Shown: positions 23,978-36,110 of the stretch, piece after piece | How the letters are laid out: each line of letters begins with the position of its first letter | Position numbering within the stretch: the first letter of the stretch is position 1 | NCBI RefSeq assembly: GCF_001194135.2 | Contig: NC_069006.1 | Span: 9,289,520-9,337,019 of the forward strand | Direction of reading: 5' to 3' | DNA from: Octopus bimaculoides | Lineage: Eukaryota | DNA: 47,500 nucleotides | The notes under the pieces: generated by a model | Seen by the model: the letters and a program-made list of their open reading frames with translations, nothing else | The model's database searches: none | Told to the model about the DNA's origin: nothing | Made by a program: the position numbers and the translations under genes

Positions 23978-24680
23978 GTTAGTATATAAATAAATGACAA
24001 GAGGCAGGGAGGGGAAAGAAAAATCCCATGGGAATACATGTAGACACAGGCATGGCTGTGTGGTTAAGAAGCTCACTTTTGCAACCATGTGGTTTTGGGT
24101 TCAGTCTCCCTGTGTGGCACCTTGGGCAAGTGTCTATTTTACTATAGCCCCAAGCCGATCAATGCCTTCTGTGTGAATTTAGCAGACAGGAACTGTGTGG
24201 AAGCTCATTGTGTGTCTGTGTGTGTAATTGTGTCCCTCCCTCTGCTTGACAACAAGTGTTGTTTTGTTAACATCTCCATTGCCTGTAACTTAGTAGTTCA
24301 TCAAAAGAGATTGACAAAATAAGTATCAGATTTAAAAAAAAAAAGAACGACATAAGCACCAGGGTTGGTTTGTTGAACAAAATCCCTGTAAGACGATGCT
24401 TCAGCATGGTCATAATCCAATGACTGAAACAAGTAAAAGATAAAAAGTATAGATATTGGCTGCTGATTAAGAAAGATTTTGTGTAATTAATCAGCTGAAC
24501 AACATGAACGAACAAGATTGTTTGCATGTAAAAATGTAAGTTCTTTCACAGAAGAGGCTTAAAATACAACACAGTTTCGTGGTATGTATGTCATTTTATT
24601 TTTTTGTTGTTGTTTGTTTTGAGTAAATAATTGTTGTTGATACAAACCACTGTTAACCTCTTTCAATTGGTAATCCTGTA

Positions 24681-25002
24681 CAGTAGAACCTCTGTTTATG
24701 AATGGCTCCCATCAAGAACAAATTGGCTTACAAAACAATTTTTCAAACATAAACTGTCTCAAATGACAAACAGCGTCTTGAGTAATGAGCATTCAGGCCA
24801 GCAACAACAGTTGGCAACAGACTGGAAATATCAACAGGTTAGCGTCAGTTGCTGTCTGGCCTTCACTCTGTGGACATCTCTGTTTGTATTTGCTGTGCTT
24901 TCTCTTGAATTTCCTATGGTAGATATAGTTTCAGTTTACAAACATTCCAGGTGACAAAGTGCCTTCAGGAATGAATTAAATTTGTAAATTGAGGGTCCAC
25001 TA
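24681..25002. mobile_element. Degenerate Tigger/pogo-like MITE
   Basis: TA|CAGTAGAACCTCTGTTTATGAA ... TTTGTAAATTGAGGGTCCACTA|TA. Confidence 0.65.
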
Positions 25003-25685
25003 TAATTCCCTTCAGTATCTGTGGTACAGTACGTTTTGAACATTTTTAAGTCATCTTCACTTTCCTTTTGGTAACTCCTTCTCAATGACCCCTTGCTACA
25101 ATGCAAACCCCACCCCCTCCTTTTTAATATATGTACATATATATTTCTTCATTGCCCACAGGGGGCTAAGCATGGAGGGGACAAACAAGGACAGATAAAG
25201 GGATTAAGTCGATTACATCGACCCCAGTGCGTAACCGGTACATATTTAATCAACCCCGAAAGGATGAAAGGCAAAGTTGACCTCGGTGGAATTTGAACTC
25301 AGAACATAACGGCAGACAAAATACCATTAAGCATTTCGCCTGGTGTGCTAACAATTCTGCCAGCTCGCTGCCATACCTGTACATATATGTAATATCCAGG
25401 GTGTGCTAGGTATGTGCTGCACACCCACCAAAAATGGCAAATTCATTATAAATATTAACCTTGTTCGTTAATTTAATCACAAATCTTAATGGAAAACTTT
25501 TGTTATACTCCTGCTTGAAATTTAGGGGCATTGAGTATAGAAGCACACCCAATACATCACCCACCATACGTCACTGGTAATATCCGGTCAGGGTGATTCA
25601 GTTCCGGCAATATCACCAAGCCCAGGGTGGTTTACAAATACCCTGCACATATAGGAGAATATATCAACTGTATTTCTATTTTCAG

Positions 25686-25809
25686 CTTGAAAACGAAAAG
25701 GTTTCTCTAAGCGGTGAAAAGCAGTCCCTGGAGCAAGAGAAATATGGCATTAAAGAGGAGCTTGTGAGGGTGGAACAGGAGAAAATGGACTTGGATACAG
25801 AGAAAATGT
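25686..25809 (+). CDS. CROCC: Rootletin exon i: LENEKVSLSGEKQSLEQEK...DLDTEKM
   Basis: ctattttcag acceptor, TGT/gtaagt donor; phase 0 to 1. Confidence 0.92.
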
Positions 25810-26824
25810 GTAAGTTGTCAGCATTTTGTGATGTTTTGTCTTGAAATAATTGGTGTTAAACAAGTGACAACTGTAGCATGGAATGGGGGAGTGGGGAAGC
25901 TGACCTAAAAGTTGAAGGATTAACAGTTCATATTTTATTATTTGGATTATTATACTGCTTTTGGAAGGGGGTGGGGGGGTCTTTCTTTTTTTTTTTTTTG
26001 ATGTCTTTTGAATTTTGAATGGTTTCACTCAACCTTAGCCATTGTCATAAATGTGTGCCATGGGTTGTAGAACTAACTCGTTGCCGTCCAAACAGCAACA
26101 ACATCATCATAATCATTTTGACATCCACTTTACAAGTGCATGCATGGCTACCCTGTGGTAAGAAGTTTGCTTCCCAATTACATGGTCTCGTGTTCAGTTC
26201 CAATTCAAGCAAAGCATCTTCTATTGTAGCCCCAAGCCGACCAAAGCCTCATGAGTGGATTTTGTAAGAGAGAAACTGAAAGAAGCCTGTCATGTGTGTG
26301 CATTTGTGTGTCTTTGTGTCTGTTTTGATTTCATGTAATAGTTGTAAATGAGTGTCACTGTTGTACAAGTAGTGTCGGTCATTTCCAATATTTTGTCAGA
26401 ACCTGTCTGGCCATGGGGGAAATATTACCCTTGCTTGGAAACATAAGGGTTGGTGACAGGATGAGCATCCAGCCATAGAAAAATCTGCCTCACCAAATTC
26501 CGTCCAACTCATGCAAGCATAGATAAGAGGCCATTAAGATGATGATGATGGTTTACCATGCTTGCCTGGCTCAGACAGAATTCTTTGAGGTAGATTTTCA
26601 CCACCCAAATTTACTTTCTTGTCACTAAACCCCACTAGCCCTAAATCCATGCCAAACTGGTCATTTGAGCACAATGCAGTCTTAGGATCCATCGGATCCT
26701 GTTAAACTATCCAACTCACACCAGCATAGAGGTTGAGCATTAAATGATGGTGATGGTTTATATTTTATATTTGAATATTTCCGGTTTCTCTTCCATATAA
26801 TTTCTATTCTGTATTTCTCTCTAG

Positions 26825-26931
26825 CTCTCAACCAGACACTGAATTTGAGTGAAATGACACACAGACAGCTTGAAGAAGAAATTCATGCCGTCAACTTAGA
26901 GAAAGCTGAAGTTATTGAACAACTGAATACG
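26825..26931 (+). CDS. CROCC: Rootletin exon j: (S)LNQTLNLSEMTHRQLEEEIHAVNLEKAEVIEQLNT
   Basis: tttctctctag acceptor, ACG/gtagga donor; phase 1 to 0. Confidence 0.9.
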
Positions 26932-27255
26932 GTAGGATTATAAGTGTTTTATTTTGTTTTTACACGAGTTTTTTTTTTCTCTCTCTTTTTAAAGGTTCAA
27001 ATCAAAGTAGAAAAACCATAAATAATAGGAAATAAACCATCATCATTTAACGTCCGTTGCCCATGCTGGCATGGGTTGGACAGTATGACAGGTGCTGGCC
27101 AGTTGCAGAGCAACCTGGGCTCCATCTCTTAGCATGGTCTCTATGGCCTGATGCCAACCACTTTACTGAGGGTACTGGGTACTTTTCATGTGACACCGGC
27201 TCAGGTGCTATTTACGTGATTGAGTTAAAATTTCCTTTGGATAGGTAAAGTAAAA

Positions 27256-27326
27256 GGCTGCCGGTGGGATTTGAACCCACATCTGATGTGAACATGACGG
27301 TGTTCTACCATTGGACCAAAGCAATC
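27256..27326 (-). pseudogene. Degenerate tRNA-like sequence (pseudo-tRNA or isolated SINE head)
   Basis: 71 nt; perfect T-arm GTGGG-TTCAAAT-CCCAC, A-box TGGTCCAATGG, D-stem 3/4, TTTT directly 3'; anticodon stem does not pair. Confidence 0.45.
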
Positions 27327-27629
27327 CTTAGAATTTCTTTTTCCATTTTAGAAACTTGATTCTTACTAGAGAGAATTATATACTGTTGCTTTTATAAAAA
27401 TTTAGAAAGTTCGAGAGAACATGAAATAATTCTTTTTTCTTTATTCACCAATTTAAACATTTGCATATTTTAGAGTAATTTTTTCTCCACTTGAATAGCC
27501 TTTCTGTATCAGTAAATACTCAACCACCACAAACTAGAAATGTAAGCCACCGTTTGTCAAGTAAAACGGAGACATGCAGAGTTATGTCCCTTTACGAAGA
27601 GCTACAACATAAGAGTTATTACTTTACAC

Positions 27630-27912
27630 CAGTGGTTCCCAAACTTTTTCGGGCTGCCACTTCCTTGACACCTAGGTCACATTCCTAGCGCCCCCACCCC
27701 CAACTAGCCATCACAAACATTGACCTCTTTCTGAAGCAAATTCAAAGCAACCATATTTCACAAATAAAACTTAACCTGATGAACCCATTAATTTGTTTTT
27801 ACATGAATCACTACCCCCATTATCGCCCCCACTTTTCTTCAACGCCTCTCTGGAACTTTCCACTACCCCCGGGGGCAGGGGGGGGCAATACTGCCCACTT
27901 TGAGAAGCACTG
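27630..27912. mobile_element. hAT MITE
   Basis: TIRs CAGTGGTTCCCAAA / TTTGAGAAGCACTG; perfect 8-bp TSD CTTTACAC. Confidence 0.9.
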
Positions 27913-28903
27913 CTTTACACTATAAGGTGTATATTAACTATAATGAGACCTCGAGTCATGTTGAGGGCATTTAACCAATTTCCATCACTTCTTTGAAGGG
28001 TCATTTCAGAAATATTAATCCCTACAACACAACAATGTAGATCTCGTCAAGCCCCATTTCCAATGTCGTCTGTTTCACTACTATTTCACAATCTGGGTTC
28101 AATCCTCTGCTGAAACCATATCAAGCCACAACCACTGTTGACAGCTTCTTTTAATTGTTTCACCCGTTGGATGGATGAGTGTGGCCATGTTGGGACACCA
28201 TCTTGAAGGATTTGGTCAAACAAATCAACTCCCAGTATTTATTTTTAAGTCGTGTACATATTCTATTGATCTCTTTTGCTGAGCAGCTAAGTTATGTTGA
28301 TGTATGCAAACCAACACCAGTATTCAACTAGTAGGGGGTGGTCAAACACAAAGACACACACATCCTCTCTCACACACACATCCTCTCTCACACACACATA
28401 CACATATATACAATGGACTTCCCCACAGTTTCCATCTTCCAAATTTACTCACAAGGCAAAGTTGACCTCAGCGGAATTTGAACTCAGAACGTAACGGCAG
28501 ACAAAATACCGCTAAGCATTTTGCATCATAAGGCATCAGTCAGCCTGAGGCTATAGTAGAAACCACTTGCCCAAGGTGCCATACAGTGGCACTGAACCCA
28601 AAACCACATGGTTGCAAAGCAAGCTTCTTAAGCACACAGCTATACCTGCACCTAGACGCTCAAGAACTTCACGTAATCTTCATGGCATTTCTTACAATGC
28701 CATTCCTCACCTCTCCTAAAAATGTCTTGGTTTGAGTCTGTTAGGAAATCATTTTATAATAGGTGAGACATGGTTGACTGAGTGCTATATCAGAACCAGT
28801 TAAAAGGGCAGGGTCAAGAAATCATATTTTGTGTTGTGTTCATGGCTAATACACTTGACTTTAACAGTCCAATATACCTAGCTGTCAATATATGTGTCCC
28901 TAG

Positions 28904-29135
28904 GGCAGTGAGCTGGCAGAATCGTCAGCATGCTGGGTGAAATGCTTAGTGGTATTTCGTCTGCTATTAAGTCCTGAGTTCAAATTCCGCCAAGGTTGAC
29001 TTTGCTTTTTATCCTTTCTGGGTCGATTAAATAAGTACCAGTTATGCACTGGGGTCGATGTAATCGACTTAACCCCTTTGTCTGTCCTAGTTTGTCCCCT
29101 CTATGTTTAGCCCTCTGTGGGCAATAAAGAAATAG
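28904..29135 (+). mobile_element. tRNA-derived SINE family B. Other copies at 25143-25377 (-) and 32365-32600 (+), plus many short-tail variants.
   Basis: Collinear with the other family B copies. Confidence 0.88.
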
Positions 29136-29335
29136 ATATATGTGTCCCTGATGCCAACCGTTACCCGTTCCTGTGCAAGATAATATTTTCTCATCACTAG
29201 ATGGGTTTTCAACAAGGACTGGAAACAAACAAGCTCACTTGTACAATGGTGATGTTTGTTTATAACCAACATGTAATGTCTAGGCAAAAGTGAATGCAAA
29301 TATATACACTATATGACCAGCTTCTTTCAGTTTCT

Positions 29336-29566
29336 TATTTTTTTATTGCCCACAAGGGGCTAAACTTAGAGGGGACAAACAAGGAAAGACAAAGGGATTA
29401 AGTCGATTACATCGACCCCTGTGCATAACTAGTACTTAATTTATCGACCCCAAAAGGATGAAAGGCAAAGTCGACCTCGGCGTGATTTGAACTCAGAACG
29501 TAACGGCAGACGAAATACCTCTAAGCATTTCGCCTGATGTGCTAACGTTTCTGCCAGCTCGCCGCC
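29336..29566 (-). mobile_element. tRNA-derived SINE family B, young copy with a 14-bp TSD
   Basis: GGCGAGCTGGCAGAAACG...GAGTTCAAAT; TSD TTCTTTCAGTTTCT at 29322-35 and 29567-80. Confidence 0.9.
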
Positions 29567-29664
29567 TTCTTTCAGTTTCTATCTACTAAATCACCTCATC
29601 TCTTTCAGGGTTGATAAAATAAGATACCAGTGAAGTACTGGGGTTCGAATGTAATAGACTTAAA

Positions 29665-30275
29665 ATAATGATAATAATGAAATTATTGTGTATAGTGCTC
29701 AGGTGCACTATAACTTGTCAAAGGTGCACGTATAGGTACATAGAATTATGTACAAAACTCAGGAAAGGGAACAGTATATGAGTCATGATAGATGTGTATG
29801 GAGTGGGTGGGGGTGGATATCAGGTGTAGTGTTGGCGAATTTCAGGAAGCATGGAGGTTTTAAAGGATGCACCATCTCGGCAACTAACAACTGATACAGG
29901 TAGTTTGTTCCCTGCTTCAGCAACTTTGAGTGTGAAAAAATGCTTCCGAAAGTCATGGGAGCTGTGCTGTTTTCTGACTTTGTAGGCATGTCCACATGTG
30001 TTAGACACATGGAGCTGAAAAAGGTGCCCAAGGTGGTTGTTGACAAAATGGTTAATAATTTTGTGGGTGCTTCCCAAGTCAGTTGCCAGGCATTGGAGCT
30101 TCAATGTATCCCTGCCCAGGGAAGCAAGGCTTTCAGAGTGTGGTAGATGCCTGATGGAGGGTATTCGCTTGGTTGCACGTCTCTGAACAGTTTCCAGGAG
30201 GTTGATGTCCTGAGCAAGATAGGGGTTCCAGACTGGTGATGCAAATTCCAAGTGTGGCCGCACCAGAGCCATATA
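29665..30275 (-). mobile_element. 5'-truncated CR1-clade LINE (ORF2 C-terminus plus 3' UTR)
   Basis: YMALVRPHLEFASPVWNP...VQRRATKRIP...CGHAYKV...RKHFFT...NKLP is the typical CR1/L2 post-RT motif series. Confidence 0.88.
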
Positions 30276-30770
30276 CCGCTTTGTTCCCTTCCACTGAAAT
30301 CTCAGGCCTTGTGCCAAAATTTGAAACAGTTATTTTTATTATTAAGAAGCAACAAGTTGTCAGAACCATTGACTCCCTGAACAAAGTGCTTAGCAGCATT
30401 TCATCTGTCTTTGTCTTCTGAGATCAAATTCCTCCAAGGTGGACTTTGCCTTTCATCCTTTTAGAGTCGATAAAATAAGTACCAGTCAAGCGCTGAGCTT
30501 GATGTAATCGACTAATCCCCACCCCAAACATTTCAGGCCTTGTGCCTACATTAGAGCGGATGGTAAGCTGGCAGTATCATTAGCATGCCAAACAAAATGC
30601 TTTCCAGTATTTCGCCCGTTGCTACATTCTGAGTTCAAATTCCACCGAAGTTGACTTTACCTTTCATCTTTTCGGGGTTGATAAATTAAGAACCAGTTGA
30701 GTACTGGGGTCAATGTGAGTGACTATCTCCCTCCCCACAAAATTCAGGCCTTGTGCCTATAGTAGAAAGA

Positions 30771-30808
<38 letters not shown>

Positions 30809-30864
30809 CATTATAGCAACATCACCTGCATTGTTTCATTATTGTTTCTTGTTCCTTTGTACAG

Positions 30865-31186
30865 CTGTCTCGTCAGAAACAGGCCCTGGCCGAAGAGTTG
30901 CTGGCATTGCGCAAAGAACTGGAACGTCACAAAACAATAATTTCGAAGATCAACAAGGACAAAGAACAGCTGACTCAACAGAACGCTGAACTGGTTGTTC
31001 AAGTCACAGCAACGGAGAGGGAAAACCGACAACAAAGTGAAGTCATTGCTGCTATTAGAACCGACAAAGATAGTTTAGAGAACACTTTGTATGAGGTCCA
31101 GCAGGAAAATACTCAGCTCCGAGCAAGGAAAGAACAACTCGAAGGAGAAAACCAAGATATGATTATTCGTAAAGAAAATCTTCAAG
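30865..31186 (+). CDS. CROCC: Rootletin exon k: LSRQKQALAEELLALRKEL...IIRKENLQ
   Basis: cctttgtacag acceptor, AAG/gtaaga donor; phase 0 to 1. Confidence 0.93.
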
Positions 31187-31335
31187 GTAAGACCAAGAGG
31201 AACCCTTTAACTGTTTTGTATTGTTGCTGTTGTTGTTGTTATGGTATACTACAGATCAGTGGCATAGCTAATAGGGGAGTAAGGGAGGCAACCACACCCC
31301 TCCGAGCAAAGTTTTAAAAGTTAGTGCCTTTTAAA

Positions 31336-31630
31336 CATCATCATCATCGTTTAACATCCGTTTTCCATGCTGGCATGGGTTGGACGGTTTGACTGAGGAC
31401 TGGCGAGCCAGATGGCTGCACCAGGCTCCAATCTGATTTGGCAGAGTTTCTACAGCTGGATGCCCTTCCTAACGCCAACCACTCCGAGAGTGTAGTGGGT
31501 GCTTTTACGTGTCACCGGCACGAGGGCCAGTCAGGCGGTACTGGCAACGGTCATGCTCAAATGGCGTTTTTTATGTGCCACCGGCACTGGCAACGACCTC
31601 GCTTGAATGTTGTTTTTCACGTGCCAGTAA
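31336..31630 (-). mobile_element. Abundant (GAT)n-tailed retroposon (SINE or LINE 3' end), representative copy; about 15 copies in the window
   Basis: TGGTTGGCGTTAGGAAGGGCATCCAGCTGTAGAAAC...CCAACCCATGCCAGCATGGAAAACGGATGTTAAACGATGATGATG. Confidence 0.8.
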
Positions 31631-33541
31631 GATGAATTTGGTAACGATTACGCTCAGGAGTGGCTGTGTGGTAAGAAGCTTGCTTACCGACCACCTGGTT
31701 ACGGGATCAGTCCCACTGTGGCACCTTGGGTAAGTGACTCCTACTATAGCCTTGTGAGTGGATTTGGCAGACGGAAACTGAAAGAAGCCAATTGTATATA
31801 TGTTTGTGTGTATCTGTTTGTCTCCCCCCCCCCACACACACACACACTGTTGCCTGACAACTGATGTTGGTGTGTTTACCTGTAAATTAGTGGTTCAGCA
31901 AAAGAGACCGATGGAATAAGTACTGGGCTTACAAAGAATAAATCTTGGGGTCAATTTGTTTGACTAGAAGCGGTGCTCCAGCATGGCCGCAGTGAAAATG
32001 ACTGAAACAAGTAAAAGAGTGTACCAGTAGTTGTAAGTTTCATGCATAACGACCTTGTTACTGAAGCATGAAATTAATGAATGTAGAATACTATTAAGTA
32101 AATGATAACTAATGAAATATTTTGCGTAATATAAGGTGGCAGGCTGACAGAATCATTAGCATACCAGGTGAGATGCTTAGCAGCATTTTGTCCATCTTCA
32201 CATTCTGAGTTCAAATCCCACTGAAGTCAACATTGCCTTTCATCCTTTCTGGGGCAATAAAATAAGTACCGGTTGAGTACTGGGGTTGATGTAACTGTCT
32301 AAGCCCCTCCCCCAAAATTGCTGGCCTTGTGCTAAAATTTGAAATCAATAGAAGTGGAATGAGGGTGGCAAGCTGGCTGAATCGTTAGCACGCCGGGCGA
32401 AATGCTTAGCAGTATTTTGTCCGTCTTTACGTTCTGAGTTCAAATTTCACCAAGGTCGACTTTGCCTTTCATCCTTTCAGGGATCAATTAAATAAGTACC
32501 GGTTACACACTGGGGTCAATGTAATCGACTTAATCTCTTTGTCTGTCCTTGTTTGTCCCCTCTGTGTTTAGCCCCCTGTGGCCAATAAAGAAGTAAATAT
32601 AAGAGAAATGAGTTAAAAATTGTTTGGTGTATGTCACAGTGCCTTTTCCTTGTGTCGTACCATGCACCTGTGCTTGTGCCACATAAAAAGCACTAAGTCC
32701 ACTCTGCTGGGTGGCTGGTGTTGGGAAGGGCATCCAGCTGTAAAAATCCTGTCAAACCATTCCACCCATGCCAGCATGGAAGGTGGACGTTAAATGATGA
32801 CGATGATGATGTTCCCTCTCATTAACTTTAGAACCTGACTATGCTACCACTACAGATATCAGTGAATGCACCATGAGGGTTTAAACATGAACGATAGGTG
32901 CAGGCATGGCCGTATGGTTAAGAAGATTGCTTTTCAATCACATGGTTCTGGGTTCAGTCCCACTGTGTGGCACATTGGGCAAGTGACTTGTATCAAAGCT
33001 GCTGCTCAACCAAAACCTTGTGAATGAATTTGGTAAATGGAAACTGAAAGAAAGCCATCATATACATATGTCATCATCATCATCATCATTTAACATCCAT
33101 CTTCCATACTGGCATGGGTTTGATATAATTCTGTGCAACTCTGTGCCCATGGTGGCTGCAAACAAGTATCATTGCCATATGAGTGAGGTCGTCCATTCCC
33201 AGTCTTCTGTGAAAACCATGTCTGGCTATGGGAAAATATTACCATTATTAGCATTAGGAAGGGCATCCAGCTGTAGAAAACCATGCCAAATCAGACTGGA
33301 GTCTAGTGCAGCCTCCCAGCTTACCAGCCCTGGTCAAAGCATCCAACCCAAGCCAGCATGGACAACGGACATTGAATGATGATGATGATGATGATGATTA
33401 GCATTAGGGAGGGCACCATAGAAACTATGCAAAAACAGACATTAGGGTTCAACACAGTTCTCAGATCTGTCAGATTTTCTTAGACCATCCAACCCAACCC
33501 AGCTTGGAACATAGATGTATATATGTGTGTATGTGTATGTA

Positions 33542-33994
33542 CTAGCTTAAAAGCCGCCCTATTGGGTGGCTTTTGAGCTACTGACCCCAAATGGGAAGAC
33601 CTGCAAACAGATCTCTGACTTGTTTTAGAGAATTTGTTACAATTGCTTCTTCCAGAGTCATTATCCCAATGATGATCACATTCGTCGCAAAAAGTCACGT
33701 AAAAATATCACTGAAAATGATCGCTGGACTTTGCAATTAATTTCATTTATTTCCAAGTTATAAAAATTGTTATTGTACAAAAAAATTCGTCACAAAAAAA
33801 TTGCTGAATACAATCACATTAATGAAAACTTGGGAATTCAAAATTTCAGGATTGCGGGTCCGGATTCAGCTCAGAATATTTTTAATTTACTCACTGAGTC
33901 GGCCTGATTCCAAAATGGTATATGCTGGGCCATGGCCTCCAGGAATAAAGTTGAAGAAGTGTGACACACTGATATTCGCATTTATTATATTAGA
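33542..33994 (-). mobile_element. Non-autonomous Helitron
   Basis: On the minus strand: A|TC 5' end, hairpin AAAAGCCACCC-AATA-GGGCGGCTTTT, then CTAG|T 3' end. Confidence 0.8.
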
Positions 33995-34319
33995 TATTGT
34001 ATATATGTGTATATGTGTGTCTTTTGTATTAATATCATTTGTTAGTCATAATGTCACCAATCACATAAGCTGTGTCCTTCATTTGCAATTTTTCATGAAA
34101 TCATGACTGTCCATTGTGCAGTTCATGTTGAGAGGACTAGGGGGAATAACCTTCTTGGAAACAGGTGATGGTTGGTGACAGTAAGGGCATCCAGCTGTAG
34201 AAAATCTGCCTCAATGAATTTCATCTATCCCATGGAAGAGTAGGTATTAAAACAGTGATGGTGGGGCTGGTGATGATGATGAAATGTTCACTTTCTTAAC
34301 CTGTTTTGCTTTTATACAG

Positions 34320-34489
34320 CTGAAATCCAAAGGATCTTGAAAGACAAGGAAATAGACACTGAACGTCTCGAAAGACAGAAAGAATTGCTTAATTCTCGTC
34401 TCCAGCAGCTTGAAAAAGATCTTCAAGTGGCCTTAAAACAGGAACAGCAATCTCATGAAGAAGATGTCGAGCGACTTAACAGAGATAAG
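34320..34489 (+). CDS. CROCC: Rootletin exon l: (A)EIQRILKDKEIDTERLE...HEEDVERLNRDK
   Basis: ttttatacag acceptor, AAG/gtaaat donor; phase 1 to 0. Confidence 0.93.
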
Positions 34490-35513
34490 GTAAATATTTT
34501 TGTTAGGATATCTACCTTTGTTTATCCCAGGTGTTTTGGTTAAAAAAAAACAATCAAACCATGAATCAGTGATAAGGAAAAAATAGGTTTTGTTGTGTGA
34601 CAAACAACCAATCCCACCCCACCCCCACCCGAGCCAAGTTTTTTTCTGAGCATTGTGGAAGGTTGTAGGGTGTGTGCATTTGGGCTCCTGGTAGAATTTT
34701 TGATTGATTATCAACCCATGTTATCACAGATTGATTTGTGGTAACTAACATGTAGCAATTGAGCAGAATATAGGCACAGGAGTGGCTGGGTGGTAAGAAA
34801 TATGCTTCCTAACCACACGGTTCTGGGTTCAGTCCCACTGTATGGCATCTTGAGCAAATGTCTTCTACTATAGCCTTGGGCCGACCAAAACTTTGCGAGT
34901 GGATTTGGTAGTTGGAAACTGAAAGACGCCCATCATACATGTGTGTGTGTGTGTGCCTGTGGTTGTCCCCCACCACTGTGTGACAACTGCTGCTGCTGGT
35001 GTATTTACATCCACATGGCCTAGCAGTTCAGCAAAAGAAACCAACAGAATAAGTACTAGGTTTAAAAAAAAACTTACTAGGGTTGATTTATTCAACTAAA
35101 ATTACTTAAGGTGGTGCTCCAGCATGGCTGCAGTCAAATGACTGAAACAAGTAAAAGATTTTCAAAACTGATAGCAAAGCAGTGTATTTTAACAGAGAGT
35201 GCAACCTGACTGGCTCTTGTGCTTGTAGCACATAAAAGGCACCATTCGAGCATGGTCGATGCCAGTGCCACCTAACTGGCTCCTATGCTGGTGGCACATA
35301 AAAAGCACCCACTACACTCTCAGAGTAGTTGGCATTAGGAAGGGCATCCAGCTGTAGAAACTTTGCCAGATCGGATTGGAGCCTAGTGTAGCCTTCTGGC
35401 TTGCCAGTCCTCAGTCAAACCGTCCAACCCATGCTAGCATGGAAAGCAGACGTTAAACGATGATGATGACATGGTAACAAAAGAAATAATCTTGTTTTGT
35501 TATTTTTCTGTAG

Positions 35514-35693
35514 GAGAGTCAATGCTTGGACTTCAAATCTCAACGTGAGCAGATGTTACACCAACATAATTTGGAGAGAGAGGAACTTGGCAACCAGTTT
35601 GGTTTGGAGAAAGCACAACTTGAGGAAGCATTAGCTGCCGTTCAACGAGAACGGGACGATTCTTTGTTATTGGCAGAAAATGAAAAGCAACAG
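35514..35693 (+). CDS. CROCC: Rootletin exon m: ESQCLDFKSQREQ...QRERDDSLLLAENEKQQ
   Basis: tttttctgtag acceptor, CAG/gtgagt donor; phase 0 to 0. Confidence 0.94.
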
Positions 35694-35763
35694 GTGAGTA
35701 AAGAGGAATTACGGGGTAATTTCTCAACATTATTTTTTTTTTTGAAATATTACATCAATATCA

Positions 35764-36110
35764 TTATCTCTGCCTTAGCGAAGGCAGAGGTATTGTTTTC
35801 AGACATGTTTGTTTGTTTGTCTGCCTGTGGACAAAATATCTCATGAACTGCTGGATGGATTCAGATGAAACTTCCAACGATGTTTGGCCTCGTAACTGGC
35901 ATGAACTGATTAGATTTTGGGATTGTTCCAGTACCGGAGAAGGATTCTGGATTATTTTTCCAGTTTCTTTACTCAATTTTTGAGAGCACTCGGGGTTCAT
36001 TTTTAACATTCTCATTTGTGAGAACAATCGAGTTTATTTCATCTCTGGCTAATCATTGAGAGGACATTGGTGTTGCCTTGGCGGAGATTTGTGCTCTCTG
36101 AGAGCTCTTG
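35764..36110 (+). mobile_element. HINE/DINE-1-like element, copy 2
   Basis: Collinear with 2933-3295 along its whole length. Confidence 0.65.
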
